Translations under genes and position numbers: made by a program
NCBI GenBank assembly: GCA_051294375.1
Contig: CM119270.1
Location: forward strand, 2,573,858-2,637,857
DNA: 64,000 nt
Direction: 5' to 3'
From: Paraspadella gotoi
Taxonomy: Eukaryota; Animalia; Chaetognatha
Notes under the pieces: generated by a model
The model's input: only the letters and a program-made list of their open reading frames with translations
Databases searched by the model: none
Told to the model about the DNA's origin: nothing
Part shown: piece by piece, positions 52,900 through 64,000 of the stretch
How the letters are laid out: the number at the start of each line of letters is the position of its first letter
How positions within the stretch are numbered: position 1 is the stretch's first letter

Positions 52900-54500
52900 C
52901 AAATCTCACTTTACTCCAGTATATCGCCTTTGAGTTTTTTTCACATTATTGATCCATGATTGTTATAAGTTCTATCTTTTATGAAATGTTTTTAATATAT
53001 CCATTCGAGTTGAACCAGCGCGTTGTGAGTGAACGGTCGGAATGTTCCTTCCCGTCCGCGCTGAGGCGGCGATTGGCCTTCTTCTTCTTGATCGGCGCCG
53101 TCTGCCATTTGATTTCGACGACTCATACGAGCTACCCGTCTTCTCCCATTGTAATCCCGTCTGGCGGGGCGTTTCGGTCTCGACGAGAGTAGAACTGCAC
53201 CTTGTCCCTTCCTCATTTTCGGCTTGTGTTTCGCTGCATTTTTCGTCGCTCACTGTAGACGAGATTATCACTCTGAGTGCCAACGGTTTCGCGGGTATGT
53301 TTAAGAATCTGCCACCACCCTCACACCCTTGCTCACGCCGCCCTCATTGCAATCCCCCTTACCGCCGCTGCGTATGGGTTAAGGTTGAGTCGCCATGTCC
53401 GATGTAAATCATACGCGATACAGAAATATTGCTGGAGATGTGCAATAAATCGCTCTTTGGATTCAGAAGAATTCGAAGATTTTTAATGGGCGTCGATTCA
53501 TATACCCGTCTGATATTTTCACTAAGATCCAGTTTCGAAAATGTGTGTACAGACGTCTAATCTCTAGACGGGATGACTGCGTTGATAATGGCTTTTTGAT
53601 TCTTCAACGGATCAACTCTTTCCCATGCTCCTCCCCGAGAGTTGCGGGGCGTATTTGGGGTACCGAAGGTCCAGGTAATTACCTGGTGGACTGGCGATTT
53701 CTTCGTGAAAGTTTTCGTGTTGCGGTGTTGAGGAGATGATCCGCAATTGCTTCTCGATTCTTCATAGTTGCTCGCTCGCTACTTACGAGTATTTGTACTC
53801 TGTTGTCCGAGATGAATGTGCGTACACATGGGTAAACATTTTTAAATCTAATTAGCGCGCAGAGCATGTGATTGCGATGTCAGGGGGTGTCCTTTAGTAT
53901 ATTTCATAGGTACGGCTCGAAAGCCGTAGTTTAAAACATGTGAATATTTACTACAATATTCTTTTTGTTCAGGCACCGCGCCCAGCATTGTTTTCACCTA
54001 TGGTATGACGCCAAAAACAAATCAAGTTCCAGTTAATCTCAAATGGAATTTGCATTTCGTTTACACGGGAGACTCTGGATGTTCAGACATCTTTTTTGCG
54101 GCGTTGGAAATTCCTTCTAAGTTCTCTGACATTCCCTATCAAACACCGGCGACAGATCCTTCTCCCATCTGCTGGCACTTCCCCTCCCAACACAAGGTAA
54201 ATCTTTTGTCTCAAGTGAATGGAATGTTGCACATAGCACCAGAATGGAATAAATGTGATCATGTTATTGGCGACACTCACGTGATGGAGTCGACATTCCT
54301 CATACATTCCTTTTGTAATATTAATTGGGATGTTAGCGTCAATATTTAGTGATAACCCTTTCGAGTTCCCCAACCTCCCTCCTCAGTCCTTCATATCAAA
54401 CCCTCCTACGTCGACGATACTGGACATTCATAGCGACAATATCTCGACATTACTACTTCTCAATTCTCCTGTTGGGAAAATTCGTCGTCATGACTCCGCA
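52900..54500 (-). pseudogene. Possible envelope glycoprotein remnant (phlebovirus Gc/G2-like) 3' of the BEL integrase
   Basis: Minus strand gives FT*DKRFTLCWEGKCQQMG (54163-54219), a frame-broken G-C-LF-WR (~54008-54030) and IFTCF (~53933-53947). Order and spacing resemble the FTR..RC..MG.C / CLF / VF.C..W pattern I recall for Phlebovirus_G2. Boundaries are approximate. Confidence 0.35.
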
Positions 54501-54759
54501 ACTTATAATTCGAAATATTTCTTTTTTCGAAATGTTTTCCCTTTGATTGCTTTGAATCAATTTTAACTCTGCTCTCTTATATTCGTCTCCCGTTCATTCT
54601 CATTTCTTTTTTCTCTATCGTTTCTCCTTTCTTCTTTCGAATTCTATTTTCGATCAATCTCTTCACTGCTTTTACAAAGTAAACAATTATATTTTCACAA
54701 CCTTCTTTCACCAATCACTAATTATTTTTTCCGGGCGAGCGGTTCAGCACCCCAATCCT

Positions 54760-57700
54760 CTTTTTCATGTTCAATTGGTACACTTTTTCGGATACTCTCG
54801 TTGTAGAATTAGCAAGAAATAAGTTCCACCTCGGACCTAAAATCACTATCGTCGTGAATTGCGCTGAATATTTACATTACCCTTCTCTTACTTTTTCTCA
54901 TATCTGTCTAAAGATCGTTCGTAGTACGGGCCAGCTCTTTCTCGTTTTTGGCGAAAGCCATTATCTGGGTCCTTTGTGACTCTCCTTTTTCCCCAGCTTT
55001 CAGATCGATCACGCGCATACTAACTCCACGACTGTCAAAATCGCTGGTTTCTATGCACGATGCGTACATATATTCTCCGCATTCACCCTTGTTCTCGAGG
55101 GAGTCGAATTGGTTTTCAATGCGAAAGTTTTCATAATGTTTTAAAACGTTTCTTCAAGTCTCTATCACATCGATATTACTTGTGATCGAAATCTCGTTCA
55201 GTCATGTTTGAGATTAGTTCGTCAAATTCTTCACGGCGCCTTCTCTTAATCAATTGTGTCTTCGAGTCTGTCTGCGCCGGCCAAATGCTTGCCGCGCTTC
55301 ACGTTCCAGTCTTGCATTGAATCTCCATGATCAAGTTGGTCCCTCCAACTATAATTTTTTCTTGCATCTTACTGGTACTAAGCGTGAGCTTTAAGCAAAA
55401 AGTAATGTCACGTGACTTTTTTCTCCGTCTTTTATTCTCCTTCTTTATGTAAAATAGGCCCACTACATAAGCCTTCGTAACTTGCCATCACAAAACAACC
55501 GATCAACGATGTCTTACACATTCTCAATCCCAAGATGCTCGTCCACCGTGGAATTTAATCTTTTTCAAAGAAAAGCACATTTTCTTTCGCCACCTTGTCA
55601 AACGCCTCGAACAAGCTCTTCAGGCAACGTCGTCCGCAAGTCCCAGCCCTTCCATCACTCACACCATCTTTTGGAATTCTGCTTCTCCCTTTTCACACCG
55701 AAACGGCGCCACCCGACGCGCAGGCGGGATCGACAGAGCCGACGCGACCAGCTCAAGACTTCTTCCTTCTCCGTCTATCGCCTCCTTCTCTGCTATTGGT
55801 CTGTTACTCGTACAAAGAAAACTATACACGTTTCGTAATTGCGTATCCCGTTCCCAAAACTTTAGAATCATGTTCATCGCGCGACGGACTTCCTCCCGGT
55901 CATTGCAATTCGACACGCGGCCAAACCGCGTCGAGATTACCTCCCAGTTCTTCCTCCAACCCCCCGTCAACTGCTTCGTATCGCCGTTTCATCTTCTTCT
56001 TCATCTCCTTCTGGATCGTCCAACTCTACGGATTTGAGGAATGTGAAGCCTCTGCCCTTTTGTGAATCGACGACCGCCTCTCATCATCAGCCTTCCGTTA
56101 TGTCTAATCCGATCTTTCTAGCTACTCTTTATGCCGTCTCAGCGCGCCGAGAGAATAATTCATCCTACACTAAACTTTGAGGAAAAAACTGCGATGATTC
56201 CACTTCACGTGAAAATTCTCACACATGAAACCAGCTCTACGCCTGATAACCCGCAAGCACGAACGGTCGCGACCTTCTCCCGGATGAGCACCCGCTATAT
56301 CCCTGTCGCTCGATTACACGGTCGTGTACCAGCGGCTCGTGAAAACTCTCCAACGTCTGCAACGGGATTTGTCTGTAATAGCCAGTGGTATCTGAAGCTA
56401 GCTACGGATACTTTTTGGTCTATGTAATGACTTGGTGAAAGAAGCCCTTGATGTCTGCGAAATCGTTATATCTCTTTTGCGGAAGCTTCAGCCTAATCAT
56501 GCCAATTAACGGAGTGAGGTTGTCCGCCGTCCAATCAAGTGATCATTTCAGCCGCATTCCCGGATGTCCCGTCTCGATGCTGCATCTTGACAAATTCTGA
56601 ACTTGCCGGATTTGATCCCGCTCTCACCGCGGACAGACGAGCATAACGGCGCGAAACATTCCGAGCTGACCCGGGCGGGCGAGATGCATCCATCATACGG
56701 CCTTGTCTACGCATGGCCCCACATTCCGATTCTGTACTCCTCCTCGTTCGGATCACATTAACAGCCCCTTCCTTCAGACGGATCCTATCCGCATCTTGTT
56801 CGGCCGCAAACTTCTCGCTCTGGGCTCGTCCCGCCGTTTTTTCACCCACTTACCTTTGACAGTCGTCTTTAATCGTCTTCGAGAAACTCGCAAGTCCTTT
56901 TCCTTCCCTTTTTCCAACGGCAGAACGGCGCTAATCTAATGACCAGTCACTTCTCTCTCGTTAAATAAATTCGTTCTCCATGCCCAGCTGCTTCTAGAGC
57001 ATAACTGTCTTCAGGGACCGACGGCGATTGCTGCACCTCAGATGGATATGCTCTCAGTTCCTCTCTGATCAAAAAATCCATGACGAACATCGATGCAGAT
57101 CAAATATCCTTATCCAATTCTCAGCTCATCTTCGTGTCGTTGAATCAACAACAATAATTGTGTTTCTCCCCGCTTTCTCTCTCACTCGCGCCGCGTCCCA
57201 CTAAAGTCCACTCCCGAAACACCTGTCCTTCATATGCAACAGGATAAACCTCAGGTCTTTTCGTCGTCTCAAACTCCGACCAAGCTATGTGCCATACTCG
57301 CGTCGAGTTATCATTTGCGACGCGCCGAGTCATCTTCCAATTCGATAAACTCAAACTCCTTTCACCCGTACTGATAATCTTCGATTTTCTTCGTTTCGAG
57401 TCGGGTCGTGCTCTGTCCTCTGTCGTTAATATCTCTTCCTACCATAACTTTTCTTATTTCGGTTTGAAAACGTATTTCCTAAATTCGTGCACATAAGTCG
57501 ATGTCACCATAGATCTCTCCAGGTTTCTTGGGAAACACTTTGTCATAAGTTGTTAAATTCTGTATATTCTGCGTCGTTGCTAAATCTAATTCTCTGCTAA
57601 TTTCATTGACATCAGCTGAACGGGTAGCATGCGCTATCGTGAATAAAGCGTACGTCAACGACCTGGATCCTATGTCCGCTTCCTTTCACCGGAGACGAGC

Positions 57701-60700
57701 TGGAACTATCGGTCGACAATGCTCCTAGTCGTCACCGTAGCGCTTGCACTGCCCCAGCTTTAGTCAAGGAACGCAACTCTGTTCCTGATTCGACTCTCTC
57801 TGTGTATATTGGAATGCGTTGAATGTCCTTTTCGAAACCGCACGTTTGGACAGCCCATTAAGATTGGAACAGTCCCTTGCAATATGTCCTCGCCGCAGAC
57901 CAGCAAAAGTCGACAAAACACCGGCCCTTAAGCTCTTTTGCATACCAGCCCACCTCCTAGTCGAATCGTTTCAACTCAAGAATTTTGCCAACAAACTCCT
58001 GTGAAGAATACGACTTTTCACGAAAGCTCCACGACTTTGAATTGCCTTCGGCGCTTCTGGGTGCATGAAATTGGTTGGAGTCAGAAATTTGGGATTGGAG
58101 AAAAGCTCGATTGGCGGGACTGTCGCCTTCGTGAGCCCTGCGATGTGGTCTGCGGCATGAGCGCACGAACAGAAACACATCGCACCTTTCGTACCGACTT
58201 CCTCCGTAAAGTCCTCTCGAAAGGCGCTGGATGTTATTCACCTCGACGATCTTTTATCGGCTGCACGACGAACGACGACAAGAACTTTGCTTCATCAAGA
58301 TCCCCATAGTTTCCTTTGAACATCTGTCACTATCTCCCCTTCCATCTATTCTCCAGGAACTCATCGGAACTTCAACTCAAGATCTCCCTTTCTTTCGATT
58401 TTCACTCTTTCAATATCGATAACTGCATAAGCTTGAGTCCATATCTCATTTCCTGCGGTTTGCATTCCTGGTACTTCGACCAAAGAACGGAGTTTCTAGA
58501 TATGATTTCACGATATAAAATAGTTTCTCGTAGTGGAGAATGTCGCGGCGCGGTTCGTTTCTATGGCCCTCTTGTAGGATATTTTTCGCCATTTTTCTTA
58601 AAATTGAAAGTCCCTCCCGATTCCGGTCGATCTTTCTCAGAAAAAATCTTTGTCCCTTTAAACAATTCTTTACTAACATTTGTTGCGCTGTAAAGTTCTT
58701 TGTCGACACGATTATTCTATTCTCCAAAGCCAACTTAACCCTCCTTCAATGCCTTAGTGTGCGCCCTTTCGCCGACGCCATCTCATGTTGTGATCTATGG
58801 ATGGCCCTGACAGCCTCCCCTCCGCTGTCTCCATCAAAGGTATCTTAGTCAAACTTCTGACATATAGCATATTCGTCAGTGTTACTAATCCCTATGTCTG
58901 ACCGACTTTACTTCAGTGACACAAACAAAAACTTAAGCTGGTCGATCTCACAAAAGTCCTAGACTCTGATCGAATCCTTTCCGGATGAATTTTTACACCC
59001 TTTGGGGACGCTTTTGGTCGATAAGGCTCACGTGTCTGTATGCAATCTCGTGGTTTTCCCGTAAATATGCATATGTGTGCTGAGTGCTTTCCTCTCATGT
59101 GTGGTACATATATGATTTGAATCGATTCTTTCTTTCTAGTTTTGTTCCTCCCGGGAGCGGTCCATTCTTCTACGACGGGCCGCGGGGCGATTCGCTGACG
59201 ACTCGCTTCTCGACATGAACTAGCCTGTACATCCGATCGCCGGACTTCATTCCATCACGACTTTTCGAAACTCACAACAACAATAAATCGTTCAACTTCA
59301 ACCGGCGACAAGCAAATGGCGGCCGTCACGCCACCGGCAGCGGACGTATTGGACGTCCCGTTCTGCTGCTAGTGTATACATGCATGTGGCGTCTACTGAC
59401 CTCCGGTGGCGTCAAAGTTGAATTTGTGGCTAAACTACTCGCCCCGCTCAACGTTAGGAGGATTCGGCAGAAATGACTGTACCCCGACTGGCGGCGTTAT
59501 TAACACGGTGCTGCGGCGGACGCGGGGACTATATCTTGCGCTCGGAATCTCGGGCTGCGCGATCGGATCATCACCCGGCCCGGCGATTCCGGACCAAAAC
59601 TGCCGCTGTACGGACCGGAATTATCGGCAGGCGTGTAGGACGGAGCCCACACGGCCGCGGGCACGGATCGAGCGCGAAGGCGCGCAACAGTTAAACATAA
59701 CGACCTACCAGTACCCTCTCTTCAGCGCGAAGATAACGCGGGCCGTCCGCGCGGCGCAATAATGGGTTCTGTCGATTCTTTGCTTCTCCTGCTTTTCTCA
59801 AGTAAGGTCCTATGAGCCTTGAATTAAATTATCTTCCTGCTTTCTTTTCTTCCCTCCCTTTCCTTATCCTCTCCCTCCACCGTAGTAATATACGATCGGA
59901 TTTTGTGCAGCCAGTGTACTCTTCCAAAGCGAAGAAGTCTTTCAAACGTGCGTTCGCGGCGATCGGGCGGCTCCTCATCATGACGTTGCGACGATCAGGA
60001 CTGCAGCCGTTCTCTCGACGCGGCGTTGAATTTATCGATCGGTGCACTCCTCGACATGCACGTCCGCTTCGAGGCGACTCACGACGCTACCCGACGTAAA
60101 ACGCCTTCGTACAGACCCAAACGTCCCGAGTCGTCAAGAATACAGTCTTTCTTCAGAGCTGTCGATCCACTGAATTCGTGATAATCTCTCTTTAACTGCT
60201 CTTATCTCTTTCTTTCATAGCGCTTTTTGTTGAAATTCGAATTCTATCGGCTTTTCTCTTCTTTCCTCCCGCCTCTCCCTCAATTTTTTCCTCTTTTCTC
60301 TAGTAATATACGGACCTCCTTAATTTCGGCTTCCAAAGCTTCCTTCCTCTTCTTCTGCTTTCACGTTCTAAATCCTCTTTTTCTCCTCATTTCTCATTTT
60401 ATTCTTTTCTTCGCTTTCCTCAAATGCACGACGCTCATCTTTTTCTTCACCCTCTCTCTCTAGGTCGAGAACCAAACCTCTGGCGGATCCGTCTCGCGAG
60501 ACCCGATCGAGTGGACTTCGTTACCCCTTCGAGACGCCCCTCGACCAGCTTCGACGATCCTGACGCTAGGCGTTCGAGTTGGCTTCAAATACGCGGACGA
60601 TGCCTGCGGCGGCATTTTCGGCGACGTGTAACTGAAGCGACGTTGCCCAGACCCAAATTGCTCGACGCGAGACTCGGCGTGAACCTCGGCGAGGGGTTCT

Positions 60701-61010
60701 AGGAATTGAAGGTGGGGTGATACGGGGGATCGGCGGATACGGACGACCGAGCATAGTATGAACAGACCCTTCAATATCTTAAAATTTTCGCTTCAACAGT
60801 TATCCTCAACTCCCTGCGTCAACTGGCGCGGCGTTTCTCAGCTCCCACAACTAATATAAGGGCGTGCCCTTAAGTGCCTGGTACCCTCGAACAATCAGAA
60901 TTATCATCTAAAACAGTGACTGTAAACAACGATCTCGGCTGTCAAAGTGCAGGCGTTAACAGTGATAAAACGCTCCACAGTTCAATTGTGCACATTGTCG
61001 CTGGCGCTAG
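54760..61010 (-). mobile_element. BEL/Pao LTR retrotransposon gag-pol, heavily frameshifted
   Basis: Minus-strand motifs in BEL order: gag knuckle CAQLNCGAFYH..LH (~60950-60995); protease L(D/A)SGS (~60560); RT SGP..RFRAQDIV (~59530-59615), VPKG..SS (~59000) and LYV-D-D (~58860); KID..GLS..AKNILQE (~58550-58640); RNase H VNNIQRLS..FVRS..AD..TK (~58130-58240); integrase NG-TQL (~55845), IPP..APF..KMV (~55665-55730) and LNS (~55555); C-terminal EY..LKAGE..RKSWPV.R..KVYQL (~54770-55075). Each motif needs frameshifts to join. LTRs were not established. Confidence 0.68.
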
Positions 61011-61297
61011 ATCTCGCGAGCCCATTCGACCCGTCGACCGGCCCCTCAACCTCCAACGTGCCAACTTTGGCATCAGTACCATAAAGCTTTGTTGAATTTT
61101 ATTAGTTCGTGTTTTGTTAAATTCCTTTTACGAACCTTGTACACCTCGTTCATATTCATTTGATTTAATGTGTTATTAAAAAACCCTTTCAACATTTGCC
61201 AAAAGTCCCAATCGTCGCCAAGCCCGGTCTCGTTTATACATCGTCCTCGCGTGCGATGATGGCATTTTTTTTGTAACTCACGTTGCGTAGGCTTCTG

Positions 61298-64000
61298 TTC
61301 TCCTTTTCGAAGAAAATCATCGACGGGTTTCGATTCGGTCGGTCGGTCTGTTTGGAGTAAAGAGATTGAGGGGAGAATAAACGAAGTTCAGATGGCGTGA
61401 AAAGTTTTTGAGGCAAAACAGAAGAACAAAGAGAAAATAAAAAAGACGAGAATCTACGTTTGTGATACGTTGTGCGATGCATTCAGCATTCAGCAGCAAC
61501 AAAAACAACTCCAGCATTCATCATTCAGCAGCAACCAAAACCACTTCAGCATCAGTATTCAACAGCAACCAAAACAACTCCAGCATTCAGCATTCAACAG
61601 CAACCAAAACAACTCCAGCATCAGTATTCAACAGCAACCAAAACCACTCCAGCATTCATCATTCAGCAACCAATCCACTTCAGCATCAGTATTCAACAGC
61701 AACCAAAACAACTCCAGCCCCTTTTGAGTCCCTGGTTTTTGTTGTCGAGAAAATTTGGTTGATTTATTCGCTGATGTTTCGTCAAAGACTAATTCTCGCA
61801 GCCATTTCCTCTCTCTCTCTCNNNNNNNNNNNNNNNNNNNNNNNNNNNNNNNNNNNNNNNNNNNNNNNNNNNNNNNNNNNNNNNNNNNNNNNNNNNNNNN
61901 NNNNNNNNNNNNNNNNNNNNNNNNNNNNNNNNNNNNNNNNNNNNNNNNNNNNNNNNNNNNNNNNNNNNNNNNNNNNNNNNNNNNNNNNNNNNNNNNNNNN
62001 NNNNNNNNNTCGTCCTACCCATTTGCTTTTTCTTACTCTCTCCCTCTTAACTCTTTCTATCCCCCATTTCTATTTCTATTCCAACCACATTCTATTTTCT
62101 CTTTTTAACTCCTTTTTCTTTCTCCCCCCTTTCCTCCCTCTAACATCCTTTCCATTTGTCTTTTCTATCCCTTTTTCTTTCTATTTCTAAATTCCTTTCC
62201 CTCTTTCTATCCTCTCTTTCACTCTCCTATTTCTTTCCACCTCGCTATCGAAATTTTCCAAAAAAAAACTCTTACTTAGCCCACACCAAATTCGACCTAC
62301 CCCTCTAAATTTATTTTCCTCGTTCATGACTTACCCATAAAGACCACCTTTCCCCCAATCCCTTACCTTTCTCCCCGAACCTCACCAATCTCCACCCCCA
62401 CCCACCCCCCCGCCCTCGTTTTCCAATCTCGAATCTGTCCCGAGTTTAGATTCCATTGTTGATCTTTAAACTTCGCACGTTTGGTCTCAACCATTGAACG
62501 AGTCTTTAACCCCGCACGTCGGGGTTACGGAGATTTCGGAAAACTCGTTTGAATCTCGCAACGGAAAAAAAAAGGAAAGATCAAACAAAAAAAAGTTTTC
62601 TTTTTTTTTTTCCTTCCACAACTATTCTATTTCTCACTCCCTTTCTCTTCTTTCCTTCTTCTCTACCTCTTCCTCTTTCCTCCTTCCTCCTCTTCTTAAT
62701 CTTTCCTTCTACTAATCCTCCTCCTCCTCTTCCTTCCCTTCCTCCTTTCTCTTTCTTCCTCTTCCTCCTTTTCTTCCTTTTCTTTTGTTTTCTCCTTCCA
62801 CAACGTTTCTATTCCTCACTCCCTTTCTATTCTTTCCTTCTTCTCTCCCTCCTTCCTCCTCTTCTTAATCTCTCCTTCTCATCCTCCTCCTCCTCTTAAT
62901 CGTTCCTCCTCCTCCTCTTAATCTTTCCTCATCCTCTTCCTCCTTTTAATCTTTCCTCCTCCTCTTCCTTCCCTTCCTCCTTTCTCTTTCTTCCTCTTCC
63001 TTCTTCTCTTCCTTTTCATTTTTTTCTCCTTCTACAACTTTTCTATTCCTCACTCCCTTTCTCTTCTTTCCTTCTTCTCTTCCTCTTCCTCCTTCCTCCT
63101 CTTCTTAATCTTTCCTCCTCCTACTCCTCCTCCTCCTTCCTCCTCCTCTTAATTTTTCCTCGTCCTCTTCCTTCCTTTCCTCCTTTCTCTTTCTTCCTCT
63201 TCCTCCTTCTCTTCCTTTTCTTTTTTTTTCTATTTTTACCACATCCTCCGCCTTCTTCCTTTCTCTCTCCTCCTCCTCCTCCCCCTTCTCCCTCTCCCTC
63301 TCCCCCCCTCCGACCTCAAGATGCTAATGGGGCATCCATCCTCGCTCTCGCGCCTTTTTAATAACCACTTGATTAATATTAATGCTAATGTCAACGTGTT
63401 CCTCCGTTTAGAGCCCTTTTTTCGGCGGCGTCGGCTGCGGCTGAGAACGGGGCAGCTGGGGCTGGCTGAAGCGGCTGCGGCTGCGGCGAGTGGCGGTTGT
63501 GACTGGCTGTGAGAGTGGCGGTTGTGACGGGTTAAGAGAGTGGCATGGCAGTTGTGACGGGCGGAGAGATTGGCAGGTGCGGCAGGCTGCGGAATTTAGA
63601 TGGTGAATCAATAACGGACATTGAGCGGATGTTATGTGAGATAAAATATAAGCTAGTGAATCATTACGGGCGAATCGTGACTCGTGAATTGTGAATCGTT
63701 AGTGACAGGTCGTACGTCTTCCACCTAAACGAAATAAGCAAATAAGAATCAATTTACGTTTGCGGCGCATTATGTTACCGCTCACTGTTTTAGGGTGCAA
63801 CAAACTGTTCCCCTTGTCTCGTTGCGGCAATCGAAAAAAATTTTCTCCGCGCCCCCCTTCGGAAAAGTCGACGGCGCGGCACGACGACTGCCGCTCCTGC
63901 AGCTGCGGTCCCCGACGCCGCGCCGCCGGAGTTTGCCGTCGCAGCAGCCGGTTTCTCTTGTTAATCAGTGGAAAGAAGGCGAAAGAGACGGGAGGGGGGG
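61298..64000 (+). repeat. Duplicate of 44932-47830, running off the window end
   Basis: Colinear match with many small indels. Confidence 0.9.

Noticed and set aside
54743-54766. PPT-like GAAAAAGAGGATTGGGG followed by TGCTGAA (minus strand) as the start of a 3' LTR
   Set aside because: The following sequence does not resemble 61090-61194, and coding-like sequence continues beyond it. It remains the alternative to the env hypothesis.
57651-57665. Plus-strand YVNDL resembling a LINE RT motif
   Set aside because: There is no upstream PQG motif, and the region is better explained as antisense to BEL pol.
61090-61194. 105-bp segment bounded by TGTTGAA...TTCAACA, with minus-strand AATAAA and a nearby TGGT, as the 5' LTR and PBS of the BEL element
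   Set aside because: It lies only ~90 bp from the gag zinc knuckle, leaving no room for gag, and no matching second copy was found.

Overview
Eukaryotic (metazoan-like) draft-assembly window. It is AT-rich, dense in (GA)n, (GAC)n, (AAT)n and (ATC)n microsatellites, and has many N gaps. The one confidently identified host gene is a six-exon purine nucleoside phosphorylase (PNP, + strand, 2198-8345, 333 aa from the first in-frame ATG). Its last intron is inflated by a Helentron/DINE-1-like element. The rest is mostly repeats and heavily frameshifted mobile elements recognised by eye from motif order: (1) a Penelope-like inverted repeat carrying two minimal hammerhead ribozymes (~25.4-25.9 kb); (2) a hAT transposon apparently nested in a PIF/Harbinger transposon (~33-37.8 kb); (3) a minus-strand BEL/Pao LTR retrotransposon (~54.8-61 kb) followed by sequence with phlebovirus-Gc-like envelope motifs (~53.9-54.3 kb), the most interesting lead. 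Several kb-scale duplications differ mainly by small indels and sit near 25-N gaps, so much of the duplication and frameshifting is probably long-read gap-filling artefact. No prokaryotic features, CRISPR arrays or rRNA genes were seen. All homology calls come from remembered motifs, not database searches.
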